Shown here one piece after another: positions 26,396 to 34,974 of a DNA stretch of 64,000 nt. The stretch's first letter is position 1. Every line of letters starts with the position of its first letter. Origin of the DNA: an uncultured bacterium. GTDB lineage: Bacteria > Patescibacteriota > Saccharimonadia > Saccharimonadales > Saccharimonadaceae. The position numbers were made by a program, and so were the translations under genes. The stretch covers positions 16,960 through 80,959 of the forward strand of contig CAIUMO010000001.1 of assembly GCA_903900345.1 (NCBI GenBank), read 5' to 3'. The notes below the pieces were generated by a model. The model saw only the letters and a list, made by a program, of their open reading frames with translations. It made no database searches and had not been told where the DNA came from.

Positions 26396-28345
26396 TGTCT
26401 TCTTAACCAGATTCAGCAGCGTTGATATATATTCGGCGTGCGTCCATGTCAGTGGGGCAGGCGATATAATCTGATTCGAGACAGGATCTATCTGTTCAGC
26501 CATAACGCCGCTATCCATAGCATGACTCTTGGCCCAATCTAATATAGCCAGGGCTTTGTCTGATTCATCAGTGTCAATATAATACTGAGCTAGCCAGAAT
26601 GAGGTAATAAACCAATAATTTCCAGTAATGCTGCTGTTCGTTCGGCGATAATCGTCGTTTTCGTATCTTGGCAGGCCTGGCGCGCCGTCGTTAATACCAA
26701 ATAATTGTTTGATAGTGCTAATCGACGATATTATCTCGTCACTTTTGGCGTCAAATAACCCAAAGGTATAAGCTCCGAAGACACTTGAACAATCAATCAC
26801 TTCATTCTTGATAATCTGACCATTTTTGACATTCAAACCCATATAGAACATTTTGCTTTTTTCGTTATACAGGTGTTTATGGGCGGCGGCCTGAATCTCA
26901 CTGGCGGCAACTCGCCATTTAACGGCGTTATTCGAATCACGAGCAGCAGTTGCCAGATCAGATGCTGCATTAAGGGCTGCAAAGGTGACAGCGGTTGAAT
27001 ATGTCGAAGTTAGGAATGTCTGCTCCCACAGGTCATAGCTTGGCCTTGGTAAACCAGTTAGTTTATCGACAAACTCGGTCATAAAATTAGCCATCGGCAC
27101 AATCATGTCTTTGTAGAACTCTTTTAATAAGTCATCGTCTGGATGCAATTGATAATACTGAGCAAACATAAACAGCGGCAAAGCCGTCTCGTCCTCTTGA
27201 ATCGGTGGCGCGACTATGCCGTCATGAAGATATGAATGCCAACTACTACCAAGCGCTCCATCAGCACGATATTTATGCATCATATAACCGTCAGGATGTA
27301 AGCCACGTTTTGTAAATTCAAAGAATCGTAAGGCTTCGTTTTTGTAACCCATGCGAATCAATGGCCATAATGTATATGCACCGTCGCGGGGCCAACTGTA
27401 GGCATAGGCATCGCGTGAGTAGTTCAACATCGAGGTATCAGTGCTGGCGATGATAGCACCATGATTATCAATCTGTGACTTGATTACCATCACACTTTGC
27501 AGAAAAGTACGACGATGGGTTTGGTCGATTGAATCAATTATATTGTAAGTAGGTTTAAGCCACTCGTTCCACCAATCAGCTGTTCGATGCATAAAGCTAG
27601 CTGCACCTTCGTCCTCGACGCGCTTATGCAGGTGTAAAGCCTCGCTGGTAGACATGCCGGCTACAATCCAATAATTAACCCGTTCAGAACTGTTGGCATC
27701 GATATTAAGCTTGAATCTGATAGTAGAATCGACTCGGCCATGCTCAACATTATTCATGCCCAATTCGCCATCATCGGCGTCACGATAAGTGCCTTCTTTG
27801 CCTTCGATACCGAATAAACCAACAGTATATTGGTCAAAAGTTTTGTTATTATATTCGCCGGACACGACAAAAGCTCGATGACCGCGATAATGAAGAATAG
27901 CATGGCTGTCTGGAATGTATTGAGCGGTATCGGTATTGCTGCGTGAATCACCAATTGCGAAAGCTTGATGCATGAATAACCGAACATCACGAACTTGATC
28001 GCGCAAGTTAACAATGTGAACATTACGGAAAAAAGCGTTGACGTTAGTGTCAACGAAATCATCGAACTCTAATAGGATGCCAATATTGTCATTTTTAGCT
28101 ACGGTATGACCGATCAAAGCACTGTGAGGATAGCTGAAAGTAAAAGTCCAGTCATGTTGTTGGTTTTTGGGATTATCAATCCAGCTAACTTGACCATCAA
28201 CCCATACGCCAACTCGGTGTCTAAGGTCACCACCAGCCGAGTGGTTTTCGAATCCAACGTAAGGGTAATAAAAGTCGTGGACTGTGCCAAAATTATTTAA
28301 TCCAACATGAAGTTCGCCGTTACTAAGAACGATCGGCCTAGCCAT
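26387..28345 (-). CDS. Glycoside hydrolase family 15 (glucoamylase/glucodextranase-like)
   Basis: 652 aa. GH15 catalytic-region motifs YSWPRDGAY and SYDLWEQ. Confidence 0.85.
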   Translation of the reverse strand: MARPIVLSNGELHVGLNNFGTVHDFYYPYVGFENHSAGGDLRHRVGVWVDGQVSWIDNPKNQQHDWTFTFSYPHSALIGHTVAKNDNIGILLEFDDFVDTNVNAFFRNVHIVNLRDQVRDVRLFMHQAFAIGDSRSNTDTAQYIPDSHAILHYRGHRAFVVSGEYNNKTFDQYTVGLFGIEGKEGTYRDADDGELGMNNVEHGRVDSTIRFKLNIDANSSERVNYWIVAGMSTSEALHLHKRVEDEGAASFMHRTADWWNEWLKPTYNIIDSIDQTHRRTFLQSVMVIKSQIDNHGAIIASTDTSMLNYSRDAYAYSWPRDGAYTLWPLIRMGYKNEALRFFEFTKRGLHPDGYMMHKYRADGALGSSWHSYLHDGIVAPPIQEDETALPLFMFAQYYQLHPDDDLLKEFYKDMIVPMANFMTEFVDKLTGLPRPSYDLWEQTFLTSTYSTAVTFAALNAASDLATAARDSNNAVKWRVAASEIQAAAHKHLYNEKSKMFYMGLNVKNGQIIKNEVIDCSSVFGAYTFGLFDAKSDEIISSISTIKQLFGINDGAPGLPRYENDDYRRTNSSITGNYWFITSFWLAQYYIDTDESDKALAILDWAKSHAMDSGVMAEQIDPVSNQIISPAPLTWTHAEYISTLLNLVKKTNK

Positions 28346-29567
28346 TCAGCCCTCCGGTGTGGTGGTAGTGGTGTAATCGCCAGCGCAAGTCGCGGATGAC
28401 GTTCATGACATATAAAAAGGCATCATAAGGCGATTCGTATGGACTAAAGTAGGCATGAACATCGCCGTCACTAAACCACTTGGTACACATATAGTAAACG
28501 TGATCAGAAGTTTGTAATTTGCGCCAATCACTAATCAGTTCAAGGTCGCCCGTCAACAAGATGTCTTCTTCCATTGAATAGATATACTTTAGGGCTTCTT
28601 GCTGCATACTATTACCTAACCAAGCAGTTAAATCGCGTTCAGTATCAGCCCAAGTGACGGTATTTGGCATACTAATTTCACCAGATGGTTTAAACTCATC
28701 GATGGCGCCTGATACAGTATAGAATGTATTTAAAGGATTGCTGAGCCATCTACCGACAAATGATTCAAAGAAATCAAAGATGCCAGTGTCTTTCCATTGG
28801 TGCTCACCAAAAGTCTCGTAGTCCATGAACAAGTTAATGATTGGCTGCTGATCGATCGAAGAGTTGGCCCATTCACTGTAAGTCTCAGCCGAAAGCGGCC
28901 ATTGTGACCAATCCTTGTTACTAAAGCGAAAGGCAATATCATCACTTAAACGATAGTTCTTCATCAACAAGGCGATATTTTCGGTACCAGCTGGGCGATA
29001 GATATGATTTGGACTGCGCCATTCCAATATTGGATCCCAGCCTTCAGCCAAGATGCCTTTAAAGCCACGCTTGTCGGCCCATTGTGCCAGCGAATCATTA
29101 TAGGCTAGCTCGGTATTACGGAAGACCTGAGTCTCGACACCAAATAGTTCACGAATCTTAGCCTTGTGGGCCTCAACCTGACGCTCAAATTCAGCTATGC
29201 TGTAGAAAAAGGCGAGTGAATGATAATAAGTTTCAGCTACAATCTCAACCCGACCGGTTTTAACCAATCTTTGGAAACTCTCGATAACATCTGGTGCCCA
29301 CTGCTCGGCTTGTTCTAGGAAGGTACCGGTGATACTTAGCGAAACTTTAAACTCAGGATTATCAGCAAGAACTTTTTCCAATAGGGCATTCATTGGACGG
29401 TATGATTTGTCGGCAACTTTTCTAAAAACCTGTTCGTTATTACGTTCGGTATCATAGGCTGGCTCGTTGTAATAGTCATGTTTAATAGCTGTGTCAAAGA
29501 CACTATATTTGCGCACGCGGAATGGTTGGTGTACGTGTAGGTAAAGAACTATACCACGCTTGCTCAT
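28338..29567 (-). CDS. Glycoside hydrolase family 57 alpha-glucan-active enzyme
   Basis: Start taken at ATG 29567 (AAGGAG upstream; ATGA overlap with the upstream GT stop). Motifs LHVHQPFR, GILAEGW and MDYETFGEHQW resemble GH57 conserved regions. Confidence 0.8.
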   Translation of the reverse strand: MSKRGIVLYLHVHQPFRVRKYSVFDTAIKHDYYNEPAYDTERNNEQVFRKVADKSYRPMNALLEKVLADNPEFKVSLSITGTFLEQAEQWAPDVIESFQRLVKTGRVEIVAETYYHSLAFFYSIAEFERQVEAHKAKIRELFGVETQVFRNTELAYNDSLAQWADKRGFKGILAEGWDPILEWRSPNHIYRPAGTENIALLMKNYRLSDDIAFRFSNKDWSQWPLSAETYSEWANSSIDQQPIINLFMDYETFGEHQWKDTGIFDFFESFVGRWLSNPLNTFYTVSGAIDEFKPSGEISMPNTVTWADTERDLTAWLGNSMQQEALKYIYSMEEDILLTGDLELISDWRKLQTSDHVYYMCTKWFSDGDVHAYFSPYESPYDAFLYVMNVIRDLRWRLHHYHHTGGLNG

Positions 29568-30787
29568 ACTGTTACTCCTTGTTGGCTTTTGTCGTATATT
29601 TTGATGCACAAATCTGCGACGTCATTCCATGATATTTTATCATACTCATGCTTAATATTCTGCTGTAATTCAGTTTTTAATGCATTTGATGTTGCAATGC
29701 CAATCAATTGATCCGCCAAGACGTCTTCATCCCAAAAATCATAACGAAAAATACTATGTAATACTTCACCAACGCCGGATTGGCGCGAGATAATTAACGC
29801 ATTGCCATGATGAGCAGCCTCAAGTGCTGTTAGACCGAATGGTTCACTAACTGAGCTCATCACAAAGACATCGCCGACACTATAGGCATCGCGCCATTGC
29901 TTGCCGCGGACGAAACCAGTAAAGAACACCTTATCGGATATACCTAGGCTAGAGGCTAATGCAATCAACTCATCGCGCTGTTCGCCATCGCCAGCTAATA
30001 AAAAGACTAATTTGTCGTACTTTTCGCAAGCTCTGGCAGCGGCGCGAACAAAGTTAGCCAAGCCTTTTTGAATAGTGAAACGTGTAACAGTCGTGATAAC
30101 TGTATAACCTTCGGCCTTTAAAGCCTCAAGATATTTATAAGTGCTGTGGTCATAGACATAGCCGTCATCAAAACTGCTGACGTCAATCGCATTATGAACA
30201 ACTTCAATTTTGCCCTCGGGAATGCCATATTTTTGAACGATAATATTTTTTGTGATATTACTGACGGCGATAATTCGATCGGCCATCATCATACCTTGGT
30301 ATTCAATCTCGTGGACTAGGGGATTACCACTATTACTACCAGAACGATCAAATTCGGTTGCGTGAACATGAACAATTAGTGGTGCATCGGTTAATTCTTT
30401 GGCGCGCATACCGGCTTCCATTGTTAACCAATCATGTGCATGTATAATGTCAGGTTGTGAAGTTAAAACTAACTTTTCAACGAATTCAACATAGCGTTTT
30501 TGAACACCACGCATGTCTTTTAAGTCGTTGATGTCAGCTTTGGACAAGGTTTTATCTAATACTTTCGAGCTGTCGTATGCGCCTAAGCCATATCGTTCAA
30601 GTGGCGTCAAACCAGTCGCGCCGTGAACAGTCATAAATTCAGTGCCTGGGTGATGTGCCGTATAAGGCAAGACAAAGTCAATTTTAGCCCCTTTTAGGGC
30701 CAATGCTTTGGACATATGATAACAAGCTACGCCTAACCCACCACTGTTGTGAGGAGGAAGCTCCCACCCTAGCATTAATATATTCAT
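29564..30787 (-). CDS. GT4/GT5 glycogen-synthase-like glycosyltransferase
   Basis: 407 aa. N-terminus MNILMLGWELPPHNSGGLGV and EX7E-type SEPFGLTALEAA. Confidence 0.8.
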   Translation of the reverse strand: MNILMLGWELPPHNSGGLGVACYHMSKALALKGAKIDFVLPYTAHHPGTEFMTVHGATGLTPLERYGLGAYDSSKVLDKTLSKADINDLKDMRGVQKRYVEFVEKLVLTSQPDIIHAHDWLTMEAGMRAKELTDAPLIVHVHATEFDRSGSNSGNPLVHEIEYQGMMMADRIIAVSNITKNIIVQKYGIPEGKIEVVHNAIDVSSFDDGYVYDHSTYKYLEALKAEGYTVITTVTRFTIQKGLANFVRAAARACEKYDKLVFLLAGDGEQRDELIALASSLGISDKVFFTGFVRGKQWRDAYSVGDVFVMSSVSEPFGLTALEAAHHGNALIISRQSGVGEVLHSIFRYDFWDEDVLADQLIGIATSNALKTELQQNIKHEYDKISWNDVADLCIKIYDKSQQGVTV

Positions 30788-30944
30788 ACCGCTATGTACA
30801 AGTTGCCAAGATACTGGCTAACTAACCACTCCTTTTTAATTACATACGCGCGTTCTTACGACAATTATAAGACGACGCTTACGCTTTTGCAACACTTTAA
30901 AAGTTTTAATTATTCTGTTACAATATCGTAGTCGCCATCAACAT

Positions 30945-31019
30945 AGGGGTATAGTACAACGGCTAGTATATAAGTCTCCAAAACCTAAGATCGTGGTTCG
31001 ATTCCACGTACCCCTGCCA
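30945..31019 (+). tRNA. tRNA-Trp(CCA), CCA end encoded
   Basis: AGGGGTA TA GTACAACGGCTAGTAT A TAAGT CTCCAAA ACCTA AGAT CGTGG TTCGATT CCACG TACCCCT G CCA. One A-C mismatch in the anticodon stem. Confidence 0.85.
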
Positions 31020-31020
31020 A

Positions 31021-31058
31021 AATAAATAATCCTGCGTTCACGTAGGATTATTTATTTT
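31021..31058 (+). terminator. Intrinsic terminator after tRNA-Trp
   Basis: AATAAATAATCCT...AGGATTATTTATT, 13-bp stem plus an inner CG/CG pair around TTCA, then TT. Confidence 0.6.
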
Positions 31059-31201
31059 GCGCACGCTGCGTCAACCGAGCTTCGATCCCGAGAGGCTTAC
31101 GGATTGTTATAAAGTCTTGCGTCGGACACACGCCTCTGCAAAGCGATTAAAGACTTTTTTGTAGGGCTTCTTTGTTTTAGTATTAGATGAGGAGAATATT
31201 T

Positions 31202-31453
31202 ATGAAAAAGAGCAACGACACCTACTGTATCGTATTCAAAGGAAAGAATGTTACTGAGCGTTATTATCGCGACAAAGAAGGTTGGATAAAGATTAGCAAT
31301 CGAGGACGCGTTTTTCGCGCCACGGCAGAGCAGGTCCTTAATCATCTACTGCCAGCCTTGGCCTTCAGCGATAAACTCGGGCTGACAGTCGAGGTGGAAC
31401 ATTGCGAAGAACCATATTGGCAAACACTTGAGATTAATACTCTGTCAAAATGA
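31202..31453 (+). CDS. Hypothetical protein (83 aa)
   Basis: ATG 31202 lies 7 nt after GAGGAG. The ORF-track ATG at 31187 sits inside that Shine-Dalgarno. No recognisable family. Confidence 0.4.
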   Translation: MKKSNDTYCIVFKGKNVTERYYRDKEGWIKISNRGRVFRATAEQVLNHLLPALAFSDKLGLTVEVEHCEEPYWQTLEINTLSK

Positions 31454-31519
31454 ACAATACCAAAAACTGACTGCAGGCTTTTTACTGGTATAGGCTGTAT
31501 AATGTAAAGAGTAATTATC

Positions 31520-32047
31520 ATGAAAAAACTCAGTATTGAAGAATTTGACGAACTTATCTCTTTAGCTCAAATAAAACCTCGTCTAAAACGAGAATTGAGG
31601 TTTGTTAACTGTGTAGAAAATATGTCCGATGAAGAATGGGACGAAAGGGAACTGTTAAGTGTTTCTGATCGCAATGGTAACAATGGCGTCCTCTTGTTGG
31701 CATTGGACAAAGGCATGTATGTCCTGCCGTATGAACTTAAGACTGGGATTACGAGTTCCATAACGGGTCGATCGCAATCGGTCATCTGTGACTTTTGTCG
31801 AACATGGCAACGTGGTGACAAATCGGCCAGTATTCGTTTTTTGAAAAGCAAAAACTCCAGCGTCCACTATCTATGTTGTGCAGATTTACTGTGCAGCATG
31901 CACGTTCGCGGCAAAACCGATACATCACTTACTTCAAGGACTCAATTACGTGAAGATATGTCGGCTGATCAACGTATCGAACGCTTGAACACTCGCTTAG
32001 CTGACCTTGTAGCCACGTTACCAATCGAACCTGTTTTGGTTGATTAA
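31520..32047 (+). CDS. FBP (FusB/EF-G-binding protein-like) C-terminal treble-clef zinc-finger domain protein
   Basis: 175 aa. CDFCRTWQRG...SVHYLCCADLLCSMHVRGK resembles my recollection of the FBP_C pattern C.LC....(n)..G.YIC.DL.CSLYVRGK. FVNC near the N-terminus is as in actinobacterial FBP-domain proteins. Confidence 0.55.
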   Translation: MKKLSIEEFDELISLAQIKPRLKRELRFVNCVENMSDEEWDERELLSVSDRNGNNGVLLLALDKGMYVLPYELKTGITSSITGRSQSVICDFCRTWQRGDKSASIRFLKSKNSSVHYLCCADLLCSMHVRGKTDTSLTSRTQLREDMSADQRIERLNTRLADLVATLPIEPVLVD

Positions 32048-32112
32048 TATATCCTTACGTTATATTGCGTCGAACATACGCTCCTGCAAATATTTCTGTT
32101 ATTATTAAGCTT

Positions 32113-32628
32113 ATGGATCAAATAACTCGCAAAGAATCTGATTTTATTTTAATCAATCCCAAAACAGCCAATCTAAATATAGATCCGGTTCACGAGCTAA
32201 AAATTAATCGTTTTGAAAAACCTAAGCCATATTGGCTTTATGCACTCAAACTTGAACATGGAAAATACTATGTAGGCTTTACAGGAATGCGTAATCCCTA
32301 CGACCGCATAATGCAGCATGTCGCGGGCGAAGGTGATGGGGCAAAATGGACAGAATTACACAAGCCAATTGAAGTGATTGAAATTCGTGATGCAGGTATA
32401 ATTACAGCAACAGAAGCAAAAGCATATGAACAGAATTTAACTTGGCAGTATATGAAAATATACAAAACAAAAAACGTAAGAGGAGGTGTATTTAACTACA
32501 CTGGCAGAATATTTCGTATAGGTGACAGCGCCATTATGGGCTATATGTTTGACTCAGTTATAGTTGGAGTTATGTTTATAATCGCAGATTCATATATCAT
32601 GCTGCGGCATATTTTTAATTGGTGGTAA
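32113..32628 (+). CDS. GIY-YIG nuclease-domain protein with C-terminal hydrophobic segment
   Basis: YWLYALKLEHGKYYVGFTGM (GIY-YIG beta hairpin), then R..H, E..LT and NVRGG. C-terminal MGYMFDSVIVGVMFIIADSYIML. Start at ATG 32113 is preferred over the TTG at 32065. Confidence 0.5.
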   Translation: MDQITRKESDFILINPKTANLNIDPVHELKINRFEKPKPYWLYALKLEHGKYYVGFTGMRNPYDRIMQHVAGEGDGAKWTELHKPIEVIEIRDAGIITATEAKAYEQNLTWQYMKIYKTKNVRGGVFNYTGRIFRIGDSAIMGYMFDSVIVGVMFIIADSYIMLRHIFNWW

Positions 32629-32738
32629 ACTAAAAGCTACGAAGGGAGTCCACTTGAGGCTGCCAAATAAAATTTGAAACGCTCTTAGCCAACTGTAACA
32701 TACTAGCGGATAATGAGATTACATTAATTGATAGTATA

Positions 32739-33128
32739 ATGGTTGTTATGCGATACTCGCCTAAGAGTGAAGTCATTTTGGAAGTAACCGATATGTACGG
32801 TACTGTTGTTAAATTTTGGAAAAACAACTATGATAAGCATAAGGATAAACATCCAGAATTAAGAAATAAACAGTTTTGCCCCGGACAAATAACTATGGCA
32901 CTACAACAACCGTCATTTGTAATTCAAGGTAATCATCATAGTACACTTTGCTACTACCTTGAATTATTTAGATTTCGTGGTATAATAAAGTACACTAAAG
33001 TTGTAGTACAAGAAGCAGAACGAAACAGTAGCGCTAATCCTCATTGTGTCATAAAAACCGCATTTAAAACTGACCATGTTCAAGAAACTAATTACGGTTT
33101 TGTGCCGATGTATTATAATAGTAAGTAG
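32739..33128 (+). CDS. Putative toxin, Barnase-EndoU-ColE5/D-RelE-like (PBECR-type) small nuclease fold
   Basis: 129 aa. Pattern ..VKFWKNNYDKHKDKHPEL....I..ALQQP.FV.Q......CYY......KYTKVVV.......VIKTAF resembles my recollection of phage/TA PBECR-like proteins. 9-nt gap to the next ORF. Confidence 0.35.
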   Translation: MVVMRYSPKSEVILEVTDMYGTVVKFWKNNYDKHKDKHPELRNKQFCPGQITMALQQPSFVIQGNHHSTLCYYLELFRFRGIIKYTKVVVQEAERNSSANPHCVIKTAFKTDHVQETNYGFVPMYYNSK

Positions 33129-33137
33129 GAGCAAGCA

Positions 33138-33542
33138 ATGGCAACTGAACTAAAATTAGATAGACTGAAGATTCTTTCTCAATTGAGAGACATTAAGAGT
33201 ATATCTAATGACTGGGCGCTTGAATATGATGTTGATGTTGATCAACTATTTTATGGTGTTAAGAAAATACCTAAGGGATATTTCTTGTTTCAACTTAATG
33301 ACGAGATTAATTTATTCGTTAATAAGAACTCAAGTATAAGAGGTATGTTTGTTGAATATTTTGGAAATAATTATCTCGAGCACAACAAAGAACTAAAACC
33401 TGTTCTGCAGGTATTTGAAGGTAATGATGGTGAACCGAAAAAAATTAGAAATATTGAGCGCCTTGCTTTGGAGAAAGATCTGTTGTTTAGTGCGCTATCT
33501 TCACTTGTTGATAGGGAAGAGCTTATTACGGCCGTAGCCTAG
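33138..33542 (+). CDS. Putative antitoxin, DUF2283-like
   Basis: 134 aa. The LEYDVDVDQLFYG motif resembles the DUF2283 hallmark YD.E.D.LYI. Tightly coupled to the upstream ORF (AGGAG before the ATG). Confidence 0.35.
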   Translation: MATELKLDRLKILSQLRDIKSISNDWALEYDVDVDQLFYGVKKIPKGYFLFQLNDEINLFVNKNSSIRGMFVEYFGNNYLEHNKELKPVLQVFEGNDGEPKKIRNIERLALEKDLLFSALSSLVDREELITAVA

Positions 33543-33686
33543 TGCGCTACTGTAAGAAATGAAAATTCTCTCCAGGTTAGATGTATGGTGAATATCAACA
33601 AGTAGAGCGGTGTACATACCCCCAACCTGTCAAACTAGGTAAGAAAACTTACTGGACACGCGGTGAGCTTATCGTATAATTAATCT

Positions 33687-34409
33687 ATGGAAGTGCTACA
33701 AAGTGGTCGAGAGGACCAAAACCCAAGAGCGTTATTGCGTGAAGCAAAAAATTGGCTCGAAGTTTATAAACTACTTTGCTCTAGTACGCAAAACACCGAT
33801 CTAATTTATCAGTTGTTATACAGCTTTTTCTTTGCTGTTGAACTTTATCTTAAATCATACATCGTTTTACAAAATCATGAATATGCAGATAGCCAAAAGC
33901 TTAAAAAGTTAAATCATAATTTCCAAGTGATGAGGCAACAAGTTCAGCGATCAAATAACAAAACTACTTATGTCTTATTGAAAAAGCAGCTTGATAATAA
34001 CCAAATCTTGCTTCACAACAAATGGAACGAGTTTTTGCGTTATGTGCCGGCTCAAATTATGGTTAGTATCGAAAGAGACATGGAAAAAGGTGCTCACGAC
34101 TGGCAGCCATTATTTTCACACATAGAATCGATCGTTGAACAGCAATATGATCAATGGGAGCATGATCATTACCCAAAGAAAGAAAGTTGTTCATTATTGC
34201 TGTCTATAGAGGCTCCCAAAGACGAGAAAATAATAAATATAACGTCCCGGGACATTATAAAAACATGCCAAAATTGTAGGCCTATTTGGGTTAGTGCAGT
34301 GTTCCGTACTATAACTTTCCCATGGAGTGTAGAACCAAAAATGGCAAAGTGCAAGATTTGCGGAAAAGATTTTGTACTTGATAAAAGCTGGGTTAGAGGG
34401 TTAGATTAA
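33687..34409 (+). CDS. Hypothetical all-alpha (HEPN-like) protein with C-terminal CxxC...CxxC zinc ribbon
   Basis: 240 aa. FFFAVELYLKSYIV....KLNHNF resembles a HEPN helix pair. C-terminus CQNCRP...(27 aa)...CKICGKDF. Confidence 0.3.
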   Translation: MEVLQSGREDQNPRALLREAKNWLEVYKLLCSSTQNTDLIYQLLYSFFFAVELYLKSYIVLQNHEYADSQKLKKLNHNFQVMRQQVQRSNNKTTYVLLKKQLDNNQILLHNKWNEFLRYVPAQIMVSIERDMEKGAHDWQPLFSHIESIVEQQYDQWEHDHYPKKESCSLLLSIEAPKDEKIINITSRDIIKTCQNCRPIWVSAVFRTITFPWSVEPKMAKCKICGKDFVLDKSWVRGLD

Positions 34410-34444
34410 CAGTTACAAACTCATCAATTATGGGGAACGTAACA

Positions 34445-34471
34445 AAAAACGCCACAATCAAGTGGCGTTTT
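34445..34471. terminator. Bidirectional terminator
   Basis: AAAAACGCCAC-AATCAA-GTGGCGTTTT between convergent ORFs. Confidence 0.6.
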
Positions 34472-34489
34472 AAGTTATTCGGCAAATCC

Positions 34490-34687
34490 CTAAAGATGTA
34501 TCAACCAAATAAACACACCAATTGAGATCATGGTTAGTGCGATAAACAAACCAAGTCCAACAGGTGAACCCCAGCTGAACCACGAACCCCAGGCTCGCCA
34601 ATGTTGTACTGGCCAAGCATAGTTTTCGCGATAGCTTTTCCAGGCTTCAAGGTCTCGCTTGGTTTTCTCTTCTTTGCTTTCTTTCAT
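34490..34687 (-). CDS. Small Trp-rich membrane protein (65 aa)
   Basis: AAAGGA Shine-Dalgarno 7 nt before the ATG. Charged N-terminus, W-rich segment, and one TM helix (GLGLFIALTMISIGVFIWLI). Confidence 0.45.
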   Translation of the reverse strand: MKESKEEKTKRDLEAWKSYRENYAWPVQHWRAWGSWFSWGSPVGLGLFIALTMISIGVFIWLIHL

Positions 34688-34974
34688 ATATATCCTTTGT
34701 ATATAATTTGATTAACTTACTCGACCTGTAAATCAATACTCTCAGATGAAACCGCAACCTCTTTATGTCCGAGTTAGACGAGGGTAGTATAGCGGAATTA
34801 TTTCATAATCATATTAACAGTATTTACTAATTACGTCTATTGGGCATTGCCAAACGTAAAAAAGTTGAATAGTATGAGGTGAATGATCTGATAGGCTACG
34901 GCAAAGTTGGCGACCGATTAATTAAAAGATGTCAGACCTTTTTTGATAAGCCTTAAAACTGCTATAGTTAATAC

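Noticed and set aside
34779-34796. GAGGGTAGTATAGCGG resembling a tRNA 5' acceptor/D-arm
   Set aside because: No anticodon arm, T-arm or complementary acceptor strand follows. The similarity to tRNA-Trp is limited to a few generic D-arm nucleotides.
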